A DNA stretch of 62,193 nucleotides, the filler included, from Diploschistes diacapsis (Eukaryota): assembly GCA_023645945.1 (NCBI GenBank). It is 20 parts of 20 records of this genome, joined end to end, with 100 filler letters (N's around TTAATTAATTAA, not from the genome) between each part and the next. Parts side by side here need not be neighbours in the genome. Positions count along the whole stretch, not along the records: positions 36,206 to 38,119 come from JALAIB010002507.1; positions 38,220 to 40,132 come from JALAIB010002508.1; positions 40,233 to 42,144 come from JALAIB010002509.1; positions 42,245 to 44,156 come from JALAIB010002510.1; positions 44,257 to 46,165 come from JALAIB010002511.1; positions 46,266 to 48,174 come from JALAIB010002512.1; positions 48,275 to 50,180 come from JALAIB010002513.1; 13 more parts are not named here. One strand, given 5' to 3'. The notes beneath the pieces were generated by a model, which had not been told where the DNA came from, ran no database searches, and saw nothing but the letters and a program-made list of their open reading frames with translations. Positions 36,106 through 48,494 of this stretch are shown here, piece after piece (position 1 is the first letter of the stretch; each line of letters opens with the position of its first letter). The translations under genes were made by a program, and so were the position numbers.

Positions 36106-36282
36106 NNNNNNNNNNNNNNNNNNNNNNNNNNNNNNNNNNNNNNNNNNNNTTAATTAATTAANNNNNNNNNNNNNNNNNNNNNNNNNNNNNNNNNNNNNNN
36201 NNNNNCGTATATCCGTCTAATTCAAAAATCCGTATCTTAAAATTAATTGTTAAATTATATATATTCAGCCATAAATCCCTTA

Positions 36283-36452
36283 TTTAACAGCGGGGGTAGT
36301 GCCTAATAGGGTAGCGCTATCCCACTGAGCCAAAAGACTAACACAATGCTTTCAGGAACCCCGAAGCACTGTTTCCCTATTACACTATATGTAGGTGCGT
36401 GGCTGTGGCAGCAGGGGGACCTGAGCCCCAGGGCGCACCTTTGGGCGTTACA
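36283..36452 (-). mobile_element. Solo LTR of TRIM family A, little RIP damage
   Basis: Near-identical to the 30757/31365 LTRs; ends GGGCGTTACA. Confidence 0.85.
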
Positions 36453-38119
36453 GATATACCGTCACGGAAATTAAATTATTACGAAACGGATTATTAAATT
36501 AATAAATTATTATTTATTTTAAAGCATAAGTTTATTAAATTAAATAGATTATTCGTTATATCATATCGAAACGTGTCCGGTATTATACCGCAAGCTTTTC
36601 GTAAAGGTACCGCGATGTTATAAAAGTTTAAAGAATTCCGTTTTGGGCCAAAATACCCGGAAAACGAAAACGACGGTAAAACACCGCAGGTTTATTATAA
36701 ATTAATCGAAATGCTACCTTATCAAAAAAGCTTAAATATAATATTATCAGCCTTTAAAATGCCTAGGCTAGAAAACCCGGAAAACGAAGACGACGGCGAG
36801 ACGCCGTAGATCCATCGTAGGTTAATAAAAATATTATTTACTCGAAAAGATCCGAATAAAATATTATTAACCCCGAATAATATATTTAAACCAAAAAACC
36901 CGAAAAGTAAAGAAAACGATCGAATACCGTAAGTTTATCGTAGGTCAGCTGAAGCGCTACCGACCCAAAAAGGATTAATAATAAAATATCTATCCATTCC
37001 GCGAGCATTCGTGAAAAATATCATGAGATGGGAGCCTACCGATATTTTACCGACGGGGAAGTTATTCGATTTAATACGTACCTTATATATAGCGGACGAT
37101 TTTATTAAGAAGAACAATAAATCTATCTTGCAGTCTAACCGCTCTGATATCGCAGCTAAAATAATATAATATTTTGATAATATAGGGTTGTTTTATCATA
37201 AAAACCGTATATATATCTTAAAAAACGACGGTATTAAATCGGAACTACTACGGCTAATCCACGATTATAAATTATTAGATCATTATAACGTAAAACGTAC
37301 CCACGAGCTTTTAACCCGAAAATTCTATTAAGAAAACATGAAGGAATATATTAATAAATATATTAATAGTTATAATATCTATTAACGAGTAAAAGTCCCC
37401 CGGCATAAACCGTATGGCACATTATATTTCCTCCGGTTACCGTCCGCATCCTAATAAGAGATCATATTAGATTTTATCACGAAGTTACCCCCGAGTAGGG
37501 ATACAATAGGGGTTATAAATATTATCCTAATAATAATAAACAGATATACTAAAATAATAAAATATTTTACCATAATTAAATCTTTAACGTCCGACGGGTT
37601 AGCGACGATAATCCTACGGGACGTAATTTTAAAACATAGCGTCCTAAAAGGTATTATATCCGATCAAAACTTAGTTTTAACGAATTAATATTAATCTCAA
37701 TTTTGCCGTGTTATATAAGCTAGATAACGCTTAAGCACCGCTTTTTATCCGTAATCTGACGGATAAATAAAACGTTAAAATCAGACATTGGAACATTATT
37801 TCCGCATATTTTGCTACGAAGGCCAAGATGATTAACTAGAACTATTATTACTAATAAAATTTTTATATAATTCTACGTATAATTCAACGATTAAAATAAT
37901 TTTATTTTATACGTGCTACGATTACGAACCGTAAATCCATTTTGGCTTCGAAGTCGAAACCGACGAAGGAAAAATATTTATTATTTAAGCGAGGATTGAC
38001 CGCATGTAAGCCGCACGGGTCTAGCTTATAAAAAATATCAAATATATTTAAAAGTAATAAAAGAAATACTTCGATCAGAAGCATCTATTTTATACGTATA
38101 TAATAAGAAAATTAATAAT
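36453..38119 (+). mobile_element. Ty3/gypsy integrase region, RIP-inactivated, with three ~120-bp tandem units at 36650-36980
   Basis: Degenerate HHCC region (LIHD...H...KFY*...RVKVPRHKPYG), EIILDFITKLP, IISDQ, LSTAFYP*SDG..KR, QTLEHYFR. Confidence 0.85.
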
Positions 38120-38219
38120 NNNNNNNNNNNNNNNNNNNNNNNNNNNNNNNNNNNNNNNNNNNNTTAATTAATTAANNNNNNNNNNNNNNNNNNNNNNNNN
38201 NNNNNNNNNNNNNNNNNNN

Positions 38220-38651
38220 AAATAAAGACTCGTATTAATAGAAATATTAATAAGAAAAGAGATAATTACTTTTTAGAAATCTTTAAAAAATATTATTAGT
38301 AATTGTACCTTTTTTAAAAAGAGATAGGCTTACGAATATTACTTAATTATAAACTCTAAAACCATGTTATCGATATCATAAACGGAGAAATTCTAAAATT
38401 TAGATTTCTTTATAAAGTATTAAAGATGGAATTAAAATTCTTTAAGTAATATCTTTAAAAAATGTTTAAAAAAGGATATATTCGTAAATTTAAATTATTA
38501 ATATTATTTCTAATCATTTTCGTATCGAAACTTAACGGTAGAAAAAGATAGATTTTTCGATCCTATATCGATTTCCGGAAGTTTAACGTTATTATCGTGA
38601 AAAACCGTTATTTTATATCGAATATTTAGGAGTTGCGAGATCGATTATATG
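38220..38651 (+). mobile_element. Ty3/gypsy RT N-terminal fragment (same family as 30160)
   Basis: 38460-38650 is collinear with 30165-30365. Confidence 0.85.
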
Positions 38652-39115
38652 TGTTACGATCCAGGTCACCTAGTAGTCACCTGGTACGTCACAGCTAGTC
38701 GGGCACTTCCCAGTCACTCCTTATATATAGCCAACCACGGACACTAGGTCACGTGACTGACAGATATCCAACGGTAGATAGCTGTTAAGGATAAATCTAT
38801 TTAGGCAGCTATTTATTAGTAACAACTCTATCGTAACAGTTCTGTTGTCGATAACTAACTGTCGCCCTAGATTATATAAAAACGCGCTATAGTTTTTATA
38901 AATCGGGGTATATTTACTTTTATAAACATCTTTAGTGATTATTCGAGATTAATTTATATTCGTTTATTTTTATTATTAGATAGCAATCTTTTTAAAAATT
39001 AGAACAGATTTGTTACCGATCTTCTTCTTCTCCTTCCATACTCCTCTTCTATCAGAGACCAAACCCACCTTAATCAATACCTCGTGTTTACGTTGTAGAG
39101 ATAGAGATTATAACA
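38652..39115 (+). mobile_element. LTR family C (464 bp)
   Basis: TGTTAC...ATAACA termini; homologous to 25369 and 49051; no matching TSD seen. Confidence 0.8.
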
Positions 39116-39242
39116 GTTTATAACCTGTTTAGTAACGTAATAAATATATTAAAGTCTAGAGATTTTATCCTAGGAAATATTTTATTATATAAACTTTTAT
39201 TTTCCACGATATACGTTAAGCACTATTACCTTAACCGATCTA

Positions 39243-40132
39243 CAGTCACGTGCCAAAAGTAATGGTTCTTACCTAAATTGCAGTAGACATCACCAACTTT
39301 AGAGATGCCATACGCACCTAAATAATGTCCTACAAATTCGCTTTTTAGATCATTTTGAAGCTCTTTATTCGTGGTATCTATTAATACTTTATTTGCCACC
39401 CTTACGCGTCGTATACAGCTTGAATTCGCGTAGGCATCGAGTAGACTAATCGAGCAAATAAATCCCACTCCCTATCTACCATAATTTAAGCGAATGCCTC
39501 GATAATAGCAGCTTTTAAAGCCTGTTTCTTATTATCCTTGCTCCTACGCATTGTTTTAAGCTCTGAATGAAGCCGAAATATCTTTTTTTTAACTTAGGTT
39601 AAAGATGCTCTATAGCGTTCAAATTTAGACTATATAGTAGATAATCGATAATTTAGACGCCGAGAATTTTTAAAAACGTTTTAACAGCGTTTGTAGTATA
39701 AATAAAGGTATTATCCTGTATAAATCCTTGTCCAGGCTCGTAGATTTGAGGTAGAATATTCCTTAATAAAGCATAATAAACTTCGGCGGTAGCATTTCGT
39801 TCATTTATATAATAATTTTCGAAGAAATATCACACGACGCGTTTATCGGCCCTTATACTAGTTTAAAGCATAATGCTTTTTTTATTTCTAGCCGTTTTTG
39901 CTAAATGATCGGGAAGCTATTGTTTTTTTATATATCTTTATATCCATTTTCGTATATTATTACTTTTTATTGTTATTAAATATTTATCTATAAACTAAAT
40001 ATTAATAAAATCCTTGGCGCGCCAAATTTAATATATTCGGAAATATTTCAGACGTTTTTTCGTATTTTTAGACTTTAAATATAGCTTCTACCGCATTCTA
40101 TATTTTTTAAAAAAGGGATCAATATCGCGGAG
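39243..40132 (-). mobile_element. Second, more RIP-mutated copy of the 32266 Tc1 element (partial)
   Basis: TA|CAGTCACGTGCCAAAAGTAATGG; collinear with 32266-33155, differing mostly by C>T and G>A changes. Confidence 0.92.
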
Positions 40133-40628
40133 NNNNNNNNNNNNNNNNNNNNNNNNNNNNNNNNNNNNNNNNNNNNTTAATTAATTAANNNNNNNNNNNN
40201 NNNNNNNNNNNNNNNNNNNNNNNNNNNNNNNNTAAAAATTAAATTTAATATAACTATTTACGCTAAACTTCGAAAATTTAGAAAAATTCGTTTTATAATA
40301 ATTGGTCTCGACATTAAAATAAAATATAATATTATTAACGAAAAATTCGCAATTAAAAGGTAACTTATACGGTTATTAAACGTAGACTTATCGTATTTAA
40401 AATTTATAAACGGATTTAAGTTATATAATTACGGGATATACCGCGTTACGCTCGTTATACGGAACGTATATAAAATAACTAAAGAATTCGAGATATTTTA
40501 TTATCCCATCGATAAAATAAAAAATCCGATTACTTTAAATATCTTAAAATTAAAAATAGCTTAAATTAATTATAATTATAATTATATCAAACGTTTTATT
40601 CTCGTTAACGAAAAATATGAATTATTAC

Positions 40629-42144
40629 TGAAACGCCAGCGCAGGAATGGGATACTACACTACCGGGGGCTGGGCCTGATCCGGTGAGATTACGTGTAGC
40701 TGGGCATCTGTAGGTAAAAGGTCTCGATTCGAAAAGCTAGAGAAGAAATTATCTAGGTGGGAGGATGGCAGAAATAAATAATGTGTAAATACCAGCCCTA
40801 CGGGGTTCGGGTCCTACCCGCCTATATAACCACCCTTTAACATCCTTGACGCGGTTAGCACCTGTTATATAATCTTACCGTTATATAACCTTATCGTTAT
40901 ATAACCCCGGTAACTTAATAAACGTCTAAACTGATCTATCTTACTACCCCCTTCTCTAAATGCTTGTATTTCTTATAAACGATGATACCTTTTTTAATCA
41001 ATATCCACCTCGATCTTCATTTCTTTCGTTAATTTATTTAAAAAGATACCCGTTATTCTTTAATAATAAATATTATCGTCTTTTTAAACCCCTTTCAACG
41101 GTATCCTTACTTAAACAAACTTTTAAATTTTATAAGAAAACGTGATCGTCTCGATAATCGATACTACCTTATTTTAAAAACTCGCCCCCGTTTATAATCC
41201 TTATTGGTATATACTATCTATCCCTAAACGTTATAAGTTATAAAAATCTCATTTTTTCGGAATTTAATCGATAAAACTCCCGTAAGATATCGAAAGCATT
41301 TTCGAAATTAACGGCGGGATATTAGCTATCGTTAGATAGCTATCCTACCCAACGTACTTTATATTGGACGTTCAGTCCTCGCCCGGAGCCACGCCTGGCG
41401 TCGAGGATCTCTTCGAGCTCCTATTCTTCTCCGGCCTCCGTCTCTACCGGGGGTGATCTAAAATGCGTCTGTCCCTCCAATAGGTCCTGCGGGTCTTTTA
41501 AAAGCAAAAACGAATAAAAGGTTTTAAATTGCTTCATCGACGTTGGTAGATTTAGTTCGTAATCGACGTCGTTTAGCTTTCGTAACACGTTGTAAGGGCC
41601 GTTTTATTTATTATTCAGCTTCTTATAGGCTCGGGTGGTTCTAATATTACATATATTTAATTAAATTAAATTACCGGGGTTAATCTTTTTAACGAAACGT
41701 CGATATTCGTCCGCGTATCGCTTCTATCGTTCTTACGTTAGGGTTATATATCGTTTCGCGAAGTTTTAAATATCTTATATAACTTTAGCAATAGCATTAA
41801 TATTTCGATTATTTATTCTTTCGCGGGTAATAACTTTCTATTCCGTTAATTTATCGATGTCGAAAGATATCCGAGGTTCGTATTCCTTAATAACGAAGAA
41901 TAATAAACATCTCGTCGATTTATTTTCGGCCGCGTTAATAATAAATTTTATTATAAATAATAATCGTTCTCAATCCTTCTGCGAGTAATAGACGAAGGTT
42001 CGCAAATATCGTTTTATTTTTTTATTAATATTTTCGATTTATCCGTCCGTTTATAAATAAAAAACCGTCAATAGCTTAAAACGAATATGCAATATCTCGC
42101 ATAAATATTATTATAATTGATTAACGAATTAGATTTCTTTATCG
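40629..42144 (-). mobile_element. Chromovirus 3' end: integrase, GPY module, chromodomain and LTR family F
   Basis: Minus strand reads KKLNNK*NGPYNV and E*ELEEILDARRG...QYKVRWVG. A GC-richer LTR-like block from 40629 is related to 50066-50180. Confidence 0.82.
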
Positions 42145-42244
42145 NNNNNNNNNNNNNNNNNNNNNNNNNNNNNNNNNNNNNNNNNNNNTTAATTAATTAA
42201 NNNNNNNNNNNNNNNNNNNNNNNNNNNNNNNNNNNNNNNNNNNN

Positions 42245-43528
42245 GCTTTAATCTTAATTATAACGATAAAGAAGATTACGATTATAATATTCGCCGAAAA
42301 TATATCGACGATATCTTTTAAGACGGTTATATTAATGCCTATCATCGGTTTAATAAATATATTTTTAATATTATTATAGAATCGAGATTTTCTATTTTAA
42401 TTTAAACGACAGCAATAACTTTCGATATATATACACGTTATCGACCATAATACCAACGCGATATAATACGAAACGATATAAATATTATACACACCCTACC
42501 GAATCATATTTAATTAAATCTAATTATCGATTACGACGACAGCGGTACTTATAACGCCGATACCAGCCTTAAAGATCTAGCAAGATGTCTCCCTATACAA
42601 CTCGAATCTAAAGCCATCTCGACCGATCCGAAAAAGCTTAAATCGAAATTAAACAACGGAATTATAACATACGGACACGAATATAAAATAATAAAACTAT
42701 AAGGACTAATCGATAGCTATCTTAACCTATTTATTAACACCGATAATATTAATATACCAAAACGACTAAAAATACCACTAATTAACGATTAACGAAAGAA
42801 ATACAGCGCCAATATAGCAAAAATATATCCTATTAATAACGGAAATAAGATTATAATTAACGAAACTTTCGATAAATTACAAAATAGAGAACGAATAAAA
42901 TAAACTAAAAAGCCTACGCCGTTCAGCTTTCCTATATTCGTCGTATAGAAATAACTGATAATATCAAAAAGAATCGTATCGTTATCGATATTAAAACCTT
43001 GAACCGGGTATCAGAACGAGATATTTATTTAATATCAGATCAGCTAGACATACTGAACGCTATAAAGGGATTGGCCTTCATATCCATGATCGATGCAATC
43101 CAGTTTTTCTACCAATTCTAGACGAAGGAAGAATATCAGCATAAATTAACGATAGTATCTCATCGGGATTAAGAGATATTCAAAGTACCGGTCATGGGAT
43201 ATAAGAACATATCGACTTTTATACAACGTATAATAAACAATTTATTAAAAGATTTACGATCCTTTTATCGCGTTTATTAAAACGATATCGTGATCCATTT
43301 AACTACGTTCGAAAATCATATAAATTATTTATATAAAATCTTCGTTCAATTAGATTCTATCAATCTAATACTATTTCTAAAAAAGTCCTTCCTGGCGTTC
43401 CTTTCTGTGAAGCTATTAGGCCAGAAAATAGATAAATTAAGATTAATCACGTCGGAAGACAAGCTTAAGGCCATTACGGAACTCAGCTTTTTAGTAATCT
43501 TATCATAATTAGAATTTTATATCGGTTT
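42245..43528 (+). mobile_element. Ty3/gypsy RT fragment (different family), RIP-inactivated
   Basis: TPFSFPIFVV, RIVIDIKTLN, ISMIDAIQFFYQF, VMGYKN, FY*NDIVIH, VKLLGQKI. Confidence 0.85.
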
Positions 43529-43993
43529 TAGGCTGGCCGTCACTGACACTGACACGGCCGTGTCAGTAACACGGACATTGATAGTGTCAGTGTCCGTATT
43601 TTAAAAATAAAATTTTAAAAATAAAAGCGTAAGAAATAAACGTAATAATTTTAAAAATATTAAAAAAAAAAGTATTTCCGTGTTTTTATTATAATATAAT
43701 GTCCGTGTTAGTAAATTTACGGAAATATAATATCCGTATTAGTGTCCGTGTTTTAAATTTTTTAGTTACGGTGTCCGTGTTTATAAATTCACGGAAATAT
43801 AATGTCCGTATTAATATCAATGTTTTAAAAATTTTAATTGTAGTGTCCGTGTCCGTGCTTTCACTATAATGCAGTGTCCGTGTTAGTATCCGTGTTTTAA
43901 AATTTTAGCTATCGTGTCCGTGTCAGTGTCCGTGTTTTAAAAAATTTTGCTGCAGTGTCCGTGTCAGTGACCGTGGCACGAAACGGCCAGCCT
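43529..43993. mobile_element. Non-autonomous TIR element (hAT-like MITE) with dense ACACGG/CCGTGT subterminal repeats
   Basis: 11-12-bp TIR (T)AGGCTGGCCGT...ACGGCCAGCCT, a 20-bp perfect palindrome ACTGACACGGCCGTGTCAGT near one end, and many GTGTCC/ACGGAC motifs. Inverted homolog at 57315-57906. Confidence 0.75.
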
Positions 43994-44016
43994 CAGCTAG
44001 ATCACGTCAAGGTCGG

Positions 44017-44156
44017 TGTAACAGCGGGGGGAAGTGCCTAATAGGTAGCGCTATCCCACTGAGCCAAAAGACTAACCACAATGCTTTCAGGAACCCCGAA
44101 GCACTGTTTCCCTATTACACTATATGTAGGTGCGTGGCTGTGGCAGTAGGCGGCAG
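44017..44156 (-). mobile_element. Partial LTR family A
   Basis: TGTAACAGCGGGGG...; cut by the contig end. Confidence 0.85.
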
Positions 44157-44256
44157 NNNNNNNNNNNNNNNNNNNNNNNNNNNNNNNNNNNNNNNNNNNN
44201 TTAATTAATTAANNNNNNNNNNNNNNNNNNNNNNNNNNNNNNNNNNNNNNNNNNNN

Positions 44257-45460
44257 GAATCTAACTTTCCCGTTCTATCGTTCGTTACAAAATCCTTACT
44301 ACTTCTTTTTATAAACATTGTTCTCTTAACGATAAATCTTGTCTCGTTATATTATCTGGTTCTAAGGTTTTAAAATGTTCGAAATATATACGCCGTAATC
44401 GTCCTTACGTGAAAATATCATAAGCTCGCCTGAAACGGACATAAGATATATTAAAACGATTTATATAAAAGGATATTAACCGGTTTCTTAAACTTGCTCG
44501 TCGCATCGAGCGAAATAAACTTCTTTTATAGAAAATATAAACCCGTATTAATGTAAAGATAGAATATTTAGCGGAATTATTGACTATAAAGGGTAAAGAT
44601 TTAAACCGTATTATAATTAATATATCGGTATTTAAGGCGGAGATTCTTATCGGAAATTTATCTTTTTTCGCTAATAATCCCGGGGAGTTGTTTTCGTTAA
44701 ATAAAGGTATTATTATTTAGTTAACTAATCTTTTTAATTAATAAGTTTGTAGTATTTCTTTATCTTGTTTTCGTAGTTGCTTAGGTTTTCTAAGGGTTTT
44801 TACGTGTTCTATTCTAACGGGTATTTTTTTTATTTAATAAGGAATTTTTTAGGATTATTATCCAGAATCTTCTCGATTTCGTATTCGTTTTCGTTGTTTA
44901 GTTCGAAGTAAAAGGTTTCTTATAACGGTATATCTAGATATGCTAATTCGAGATATCGTGAATAAAATATTAAATGAACTTTCGCGTCTTTTAATAACTT
45001 AAGTTAATAATTAACTCGTTTGGTTTCGTCCGGTATAACGGGTTATTTATCGATAAGGAAAAGTCCGATTTTAATATGATCGAGTTTCTTAAAGGGTTTG
45101 CGTATTCTGAAATTATTCGTGTATAAGTAGACCTTATTTTTCTTTTTTAGTTAAGGATTTTTTTTTGAGATTTTTAGTCTTTTGGTATCGTTTAGTACCC
45201 CGTCGTTAGGTGATTATGTATTTTAAATCTTTCTGATTTCTTTATATTTGTTGTTAAGGTAGTATTCGGCGTTTAATAATAGTTTAATCTAGTTATTCAT
45301 ATTTTAATTAACGTAATGCCGTAAATACTGTTTAAGAATTTAATTTATTCTTTCTGTTTGACCGTCTGTTTATAGGTAATAAGCGTTTGAATACTTTAAC
45401 TTCGTGCCGAACGCTTCCATCATAATTTTCTAATATCCTGAAATAAAAAGCTTATTTTTA
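44257..45460 (-). mobile_element. Chromovirus integrase/chromodomain 3' region with an antisense accessory ORF remnant (44257-~44740, + strand)
   Basis: Minus strand: LSNAYYL*TDGQTER, KKLDHIKIGLF, EYEIEKILD...FLIK*KKY. Plus strand: a Cys-spaced motif followed by a coiled-coil-like segment. Confidence 0.82.
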
Positions 45461-46165
45461 ACGTGTTTCACGGGGATTCCGGCCACCCCCAGATTCCGGC
45501 CACCTCAAATCACTATTTTCATCTTACATTCGATCTTTCTTAATAATAACTACCTCGCATAAGAATAATTCGATTCTAATAGAATTTAATATTAACGAAT
45601 ATTTATAGGCCCTAAAATCATAACAATATATTAGCATTCGAGAAACTATCCGCGTATTTAAAGTATCTTAATCGATCATTATAAATCGACTCGATAGAAC
45701 TTAATCTCGCTCTAATAATCACGAAACGATTTAAATCCTTTTAAATTTAAAAGAAAAGACATTAGTACGATAGATTACACGTCTTATATAAACTGGCTTT
45801 CCTGTATCGCTTACGTTAGTAATAGAAATGGCCGAAGAAATTTAACGCGAAAGAATTCGATTCGATTCGAATTTAGAAGTTACGATCGCGAATCTTTAAT
45901 TTATCGATAAAAATTAGGTATCGCGATTTCATAAACGATTTCTTAAAATTATTAATATTTAGACGAGATAGATCGAGTCGAATAACTTTAATACAAAAAA
46001 TTACAAGATTATATAATAATAGTTCTTTTTTTAAAGCTTTCGTTTCGAGTTAAACAAACTCGAATTAAAAAATTATTAAAAGAAAACAAAAATGGGTAAT
46101 TACGATCGAATATATTTCAATTATTGGCGGGATATTACCGCCTATAATCATTTTTAAAGTATTAT
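45461..46165 (+). mobile_element. Fot1/pogo transposon 5' part, RIP-inactivated, inserted in the chromovirus
   Basis: TA|ACGTG... TIR; degraded HTH/CENP-B region (SIRETIRVFKVS, EKTLVR*ITRL...GFPV); collinear with 61555-62135. Confidence 0.85.
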
Positions 46166-46265
46166 NNNNNNNNNNNNNNNNNNNNNNNNNNNNNNNNNNN
46201 NNNNNNNNNTTAATTAATTAANNNNNNNNNNNNNNNNNNNNNNNNNNNNNNNNNNNNNNNNNNNN

Positions 46266-47767
46266 GAGGGAGGGAGGGATGAGTGGAAAATGGAGACGGG
46301 TTACCTTTCCGGTCTTTTGGATGATGAGACCGCCGAGCAGCGAGCCGCTTACTGCGCATACGATGGCGGGTAAAAGGCGCAAGCCTGCCTGCGAGGCACT
46401 GACGTCGTCTACGGCTTGGTAGTAAAGCGGTATGTAAAACAGGATGCCAAACCAGCCGGCCATGGAAAAGAAATTGCAGAAATAGGCGGCCATCATGCTT
46501 TGATCGAATATGATTCTCGCCGGAGCTAATGGGTTTGATGCGTACTTGAGCTCGACCATCAGGAACAATCCAATGGCTGGGATGACTAGAGCCAGGCAGG
46601 TGATGGTGAAGGGTGAGCTCCAGGTAACGTTACTCCCCCGGTCCATTCCGAGCAGAAGAGCAGTCACTGCGAAGACGAGGATGAAAGCGCCTAGGAAATC
46701 AATCTTCTTCAGCTTTGCTTTCCAGTTGTCCTTGTCTGGGGAAGGAAGCTTCAGCGTGAAGGCGACTGCGACAAAAGCGATGACACATAGGGGCAACTGG
46801 CCGATGAAGGCCCAGCGCCAGCCTATCGAGTCGGCGAAGAGACCGCCTGTTGCTTTTCGTTAGATAAATCTTATTGGGGTAAAGCATGGTACATACCCAA
46901 GGGAGCTCCGACTGCACTGCCGAAAGCGAATAGGATGTTTATTACACCCTGCCATGTACCGCGCTCTCTTAAGGGTATGATGTCGCTCATCACGATCGAT
47001 ACTACGGTAGTCATGCCACCGCCACCTCCATGCCGTGAGCTTCGTTCTTCTAGATGAAGTCGTTCGCCTTACCTATACCGGAGATAGCCTAGGACTTGAC
47101 ATCAACTTCAATTCGCGCATATGTTGCACTCATACTTACTCGAGCCGTAATCAACTGGTCCATTGATCCAGCGAGTCCGCAGAACAAGCAACCCAAGCCA
47201 AATATGGAATATGCAAAGAGCAAGCACGGCTTGCGGCCAAAGATGTCGCTAAGCTTTCCGTACAGGGGTTGGAAGGATGTCAAAGTCAGGAAGTAACTGA
47301 ACCGATCATACTCAGCAAGACTAGATTGCCGTTACTACAGAACTAGCTCACGATGTAGCTATCCAAGAAGTATTGTTCAAGGAATGAAGATCGCTCCCAA
47401 TCTTGCCGTAGCTAGCAGCGACGATTGTTTGATCCGCTGCGGCGAGGAATATCTAGAGGCTTCAGTAGTCTTCGATCCTGCAACAGGGAGATGTCCCTAC
47501 CCCGATGGAAAGAGCTGGCAGAATGTACTTCATCCGCTTCTTCACGTCGGGCATCCCTTTGAACTGCGCTGCCCTTTCATCCTCCGACTCTTGTCTTTCA
47601 GGGTCGGCGCTTTGCTTCACTCCGTTGCTTCCGCCATGGTTTTCCGTTTCACCGAGAGCTGGGCCTATCGCTGGAGCTCCTGTTTCGATGTACGACCCAG
47701 CGGGCTTGACCTTGGCGATCAATGGCTCTCGCTCCGTGGGTTCGTTATGTGGTTCATTTTCGGGCAT
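46266..47767 (-). CDS. DHA2-type MFS multidrug / vacuolar basic amino-acid transporter (Vba-like), 3' truncated by the contig end
   Basis: Spliced: MPENEP...LPALSIG|IFLAAADQTIV...SWIATS|YFLTLTSFQPLYGKLSDIFGRKP...AR|AISGI|GGGGMTTVVSIVMSDIIPLRERGTWQG...GWRWAFIGQFPL...IDFLGA. Confidence 0.92.
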
Positions 47768-48494
47768 TATCGGATTGAGGACATGCGCTGCAAAGATTGG
47801 TTATGTATATTGAAAAATCTGCAGTGGAAAAGATACCTTTACGAGTGTTAAGAAAAAGCAACTTAGCTCACTTGAAATTATTAACCATGGAAGGCCGCCA
47901 TGAACGATGTTTGTACAATTTATAAAATTAATTATGTAGGCCAAAAATCTATATATAAAAAGTTACAATTGCACGTGAACAACTTTTCATGATGATCCCT
48001 ATTGTATCCAGCCTTCTTTCATTCAATTTATATCCTTTGTTTCCTTTTTCTTCCGCATTAGCTTCTGTATCTTATCCGAATAGACAAGTATTAATCGATA
48101 TTAATTCCAATTTTAACATATTATGTTATAACGAAGGTTTAAAGCAGAAAAAAATATTACACTTTCTATTATATNNNNNNNNNNNNNNNNNNNNNNNNNN
48201 NNNNNNNNNNNNNNNNNNTTAATTAATTAANNNNNNNNNNNNNNNNNNNNNNNNNNNNNNNNNNNNNNNNNNNNTTTAATTAAATAGAAAGATTATTTAG
48301 AATTAGAAATAACATAAAAACCTAAAAAAAACTTAAAACATTATAAAATAAAATTAATAAAGTTTTATAATATTAATGGACCTACTATTAAGAATAATTG
48401 AAATTAAGGATAGAAAGTTTACGGAACATATATACATCTAATGTAAAAACTAACCCGTCGGGATAAGGACCTCGTCCCTTAATTCTCAATTTAT

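Noticed and set aside
43529..43993. ACACGG/GTGTCC repeats as a CRISPR or telomeric array
   Set aside because: Irregular short motifs without unique spacers, bounded by TIRs, in a eukaryotic context; not TTAGGG.
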